A stretch of 63,683 nt of DNA from Nitrospinales bacterium. GTDB taxonomy: Bacteria > Nitrospinota > Nitrospinia > Nitrospinales > JAJDAT01. This document shows, piece by piece, positions 61,408-63,683 of this stretch. Location: contig JBHHYO010000009.1 of NCBI GenBank assembly GCA_046757665.1, positions 1 to 63,683 of the forward strand, read 5' to 3'. The position numbers and the translations under genes are program-made. The notes under the pieces are model-generated. The model saw only the letters and a list, made by a program, of their open reading frames with translations. It was not told the DNA's origin and ran no database searches. The stretch's first letter is position 1. Each line of letters begins with the position of its first letter.

Positions 61408-62052
61408 ATGATCGTCGGCGACGTCATGGCGAAAAAGCTCGTGACCATCAAAACGGGTCAATCGTTGAAAAAAGCCCACGAGTTGATGACGGAAAATTCC
61501 GTCCGCCATTTGCCGGTGGTCGAGAAGGATGAGCTTTTGGGCATCATCACCGAAAGTGACATCCGCTCCGCCGTTATTTTAAGTAACCGGCGCCCTGCCG
61601 GCAAGACGGCGAAATTTCCGGACCCGGACAAAATGCCGGTTCAGGATTACATGACGGACGACCCTCTGACGGTCTATCCGGAAACGCACATTGAGGACGC
61701 CGCTCTCATTATCTACAAGAACAAGGTCGGCGCCCTGCCGGTTTTGAAACAAAACAAGTTGGTAGGAATCATTTCCATCACCGACTTGGTGGGCTTGTTT
61801 ATCGAGTTGATGGGAATCCTTCATTCGAGTTCCCGGATCGACGTGGTCATGGGCAAAGACCCGAAAAATTTTGACACGGTCTCAAAGATCATTCAGGCGC
61901 AAAACCTGAGTGTCATCAGCACGAGCATAGCGCCCTATCCCAAGGATAAAAAGAAACGGGTGTATTCCTTCCGTCTGGACTTGTGCGATACCAAGCAGGT
62001 TGCCCAGGAGATCAAAAAGGCGGGGTTCAGGGTTCTCGCCGCCATCGAGTAA
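61408..62052 (+). CDS. CBS-pair plus ACT-like domain protein (AcuB-like)
   Basis: VRHLPVV...LGIITESDI and VGALPV...VGIISITD, short C-terminal ACT-like domain. Confidence 0.85.
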   Translation: MIVGDVMAKKLVTIKTGQSLKKAHELMTENSVRHLPVVEKDELLGIITESDIRSAVILSNRRPAGKTAKFPDPDKMPVQDYMTDDPLTVYPETHIEDAALIIYKNKVGALPVLKQNKLVGIISITDLVGLFIELMGILHSSSRIDVVMGKDPKNFDTVSKIIQAQNLSVISTSIAPYPKDKKKRVYSFRLDLCDTKQVAQEIKKAGFRVLAAIE

Positions 62053-62122
62053 TTCCCGGCCCGCGGCAACCGGCAATCCACACTATCCATTTATTACGGC
62101 ACACAAGGCAGGCAAACGCATT

Positions 62123-63682
62123 ATGCAATCCGATCAAATCATCATTTTCGACACCACGTTGAGGGACGGCGAACAGTGCCCCGGCGCAAGTATGAACATC
62201 AAGGAGAAGCTGGAAATTGCCCGGCAACTGGCCTTGTTGAAGGTGGATGTGATCGAGGCGGGGTTTCCCGTCGCCTCGCCCGGCGATTTCCAGGCGGTGG
62301 AGCAAATCGCTGGTGAAATCCGCGGGCCGCGCATCGCCGGCCTGGCGCGGGCGTTGCAAAAAGATATCGAAGCGGCGGCCAGGGCCCTGGAAAAAGCCCA
62401 GGCGCCGCGGATTCATATTTTCCTTTCCACCTCCAAAACCCACCGCGAGCACATGGTGGAGAAGGCCAAGGAAGAAATCCTCGACATGGCGGTCCAAGCG
62501 GTACGACTGGGCAAAAAATTCTGCGATGACATCGAGTTTTCGCCGATGGACGCCTCGCGCACCGAACCGGATTTCCTGGTCGCCATCACCCAGGCGGTGA
62601 TCGATGCCGGCGCGACCACCGTCAACATCCCCGATACCGTGGGCTACGCGGTGCCGGATCAGTTTGGCGGCCTGATCCGCCATTTGCGGGAAAACGTGGA
62701 GAATATCGACCGCGCCGTGATCAGTGTGCATTGCCACAACGATCTGGGGCTGGCCGTCGCCAATTCCCTCGCCGCGGTCAAGGCCGGCGCCCGCCAGGTG
62801 GAGTGCACCGTCAACGGCATCGGCGAACGCGCCGGCAATGCCTCGATGGAAGAGGTCGTCATGGCCCTCAAGACGCGCAAGGACTTTTTCGGCCTCCACT
62901 CGGACATCGAAACCAAACACATCATGGCGTGTAGCCGGCTGGTGAGCAGTCTGACCGGGTTCTTCGTGCAACGCAACAAGGCCATCGTCGGCAAAAACGC
63001 CTTCGCTCACGAGTCGGGCATCCATCAGCACGGGTTCCTCAAAAAGAAAGACACCTTTGAGATCATGGAGCCGCGCGACGTCGGGCTGGAGGAGTCCAAC
63101 CTCGTAATGGGCAAACATTCCGGACGCAACGCCCTGCGCCACAAGCTCAAAGCCCTGGGCCATGACCTGGATCAGGAAGAACTGGACCGGGTGTTCGAGG
63201 AGTTCAAGGTTCTCGCCGACGAAAAAAAGGACATCTTCGACGAGGACCTCATCACCCTCGTGCAAAAACAAAAATGGTCCGACGACAGCCTGAACATTTA
63301 CCGGCTGGGGAAAATCAAGGTCGCATTCGAAACCGGCGTTGTCCCGGAGGCCACGGTGGAACTGATCAGCCGCGATGGCAAGGCGCGTACCGCCACCGGC
63401 AAGGGGGACGGGCCGGTCGATTCCATTTGCAACGCCATCGACAAAATCACCGGACTGCAATGCAAACTGCTCGACTACCAGGTGCTGGCCAAAACCAGGG
63501 GCAAGGACGCGCAGGGCGAAGTGACCCTGCGGGTGCTTCATGAAACCCGGGAGGTTCTGGGAAAAGGCGCCAGCGTCAATACCATCGAGGCCAGCGGCCT
63601 GGCATACGTTAACGCCGTCAACAAGCTATTGGTCAAAAGCAAGTCCGGCCCGCTGGCGGGCGGCGAACTGCCCGGCCCCTAG
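62123..63682 (+). CDS. leuA: 2-isopropylmalate synthase
   Basis: [40 protein letters not shown] regulatory domain. Confidence 0.97.
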   Translation: MQSDQIIIFDTTLRDGEQCPGASMNIKEKLEIARQLALLKVDVIEAGFPVASPGDFQAVEQIAGEIRGPRIAGLARALQKDIEAAARALEKAQAPRIHIFLSTSKTHREHMVEKAKEEILDMAVQAVRLGKKFCDDIEFSPMDASRTEPDFLVAITQAVIDAGATTVNIPDTVGYAVPDQFGGLIRHLRENVENIDRAVISVHCHNDLGLAVANSLAAVKAGARQVECTVNGIGERAGNASMEEVVMALKTRKDFFGLHSDIETKHIMACSRLVSSLTGFFVQRNKAIVGKNAFAHESGIHQHGFLKKKDTFEIMEPRDVGLEESNLVMGKHSGRNALRHKLKALGHDLDQEELDRVFEEFKVLADEKKDIFDEDLITLVQKQKWSDDSLNIYRLGKIKVAFETGVVPEATVELISRDGKARTATGKGDGPVDSICNAIDKITGLQCKLLDYQVLAKTRGKDAQGEVTLRVLHETREVLGKGASVNTIEASGLAYVNAVNKLLVKSKSGPLAGGELPGP

Positions 63683-63683
63683 C

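Noticed and set aside
1-63683. tRNA, rRNA or known riboswitch genes
   Set aside because: None recognised by eye; tRNAscan-SE and Infernal would be needed to exclude divergent ones.

Overview
Bacterial chromosomal segment made up mostly of core genes. The gene set and protein styles suggest a Nitrospinota/Deltaproteobacteria-like Gram-negative (inference only). Left part: comEC, DUF2284, HAD, rsmE, scpA, archease-rtcB, a COG3014/LpoB/LPP20 lipoprotein operon, pyrD, a SPOR protein, Kef-type and Ca2+/Na+ antiporters, a bactofilin-TM-TPR fusion and rph. Middle: a repeat-rich intergenic zone with an internally deleted IS1182-like remnant, a parvulin-like protein, a Cof-type HAD, and a four-gene exported metalloprotein cluster (His/Met-rich unknown protein, cupredoxin, EbdC-like CX3CH cytochrome, DUF547). 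Right part: the dcw cluster (mraZ to ftsZ), a System I*-type ccm operon (CcmE with CxxxY), a NarX/NarL-type two-component pair, gltBD behind a sigma54-like promoter, a CBS/ACT protein and leuA. The most notable unexplained features are (i) a 0.6-0.7 kb non-coding modular element present twice in inverted orientation (2-699 and 20250-20866), each just downstream of a gene 3' end and carrying four phased CCTGAC sites, (ii) the putative copper/heme periplasmic cluster at 23554-27302, and (iii) the bactofilin-TM-TPR protein.
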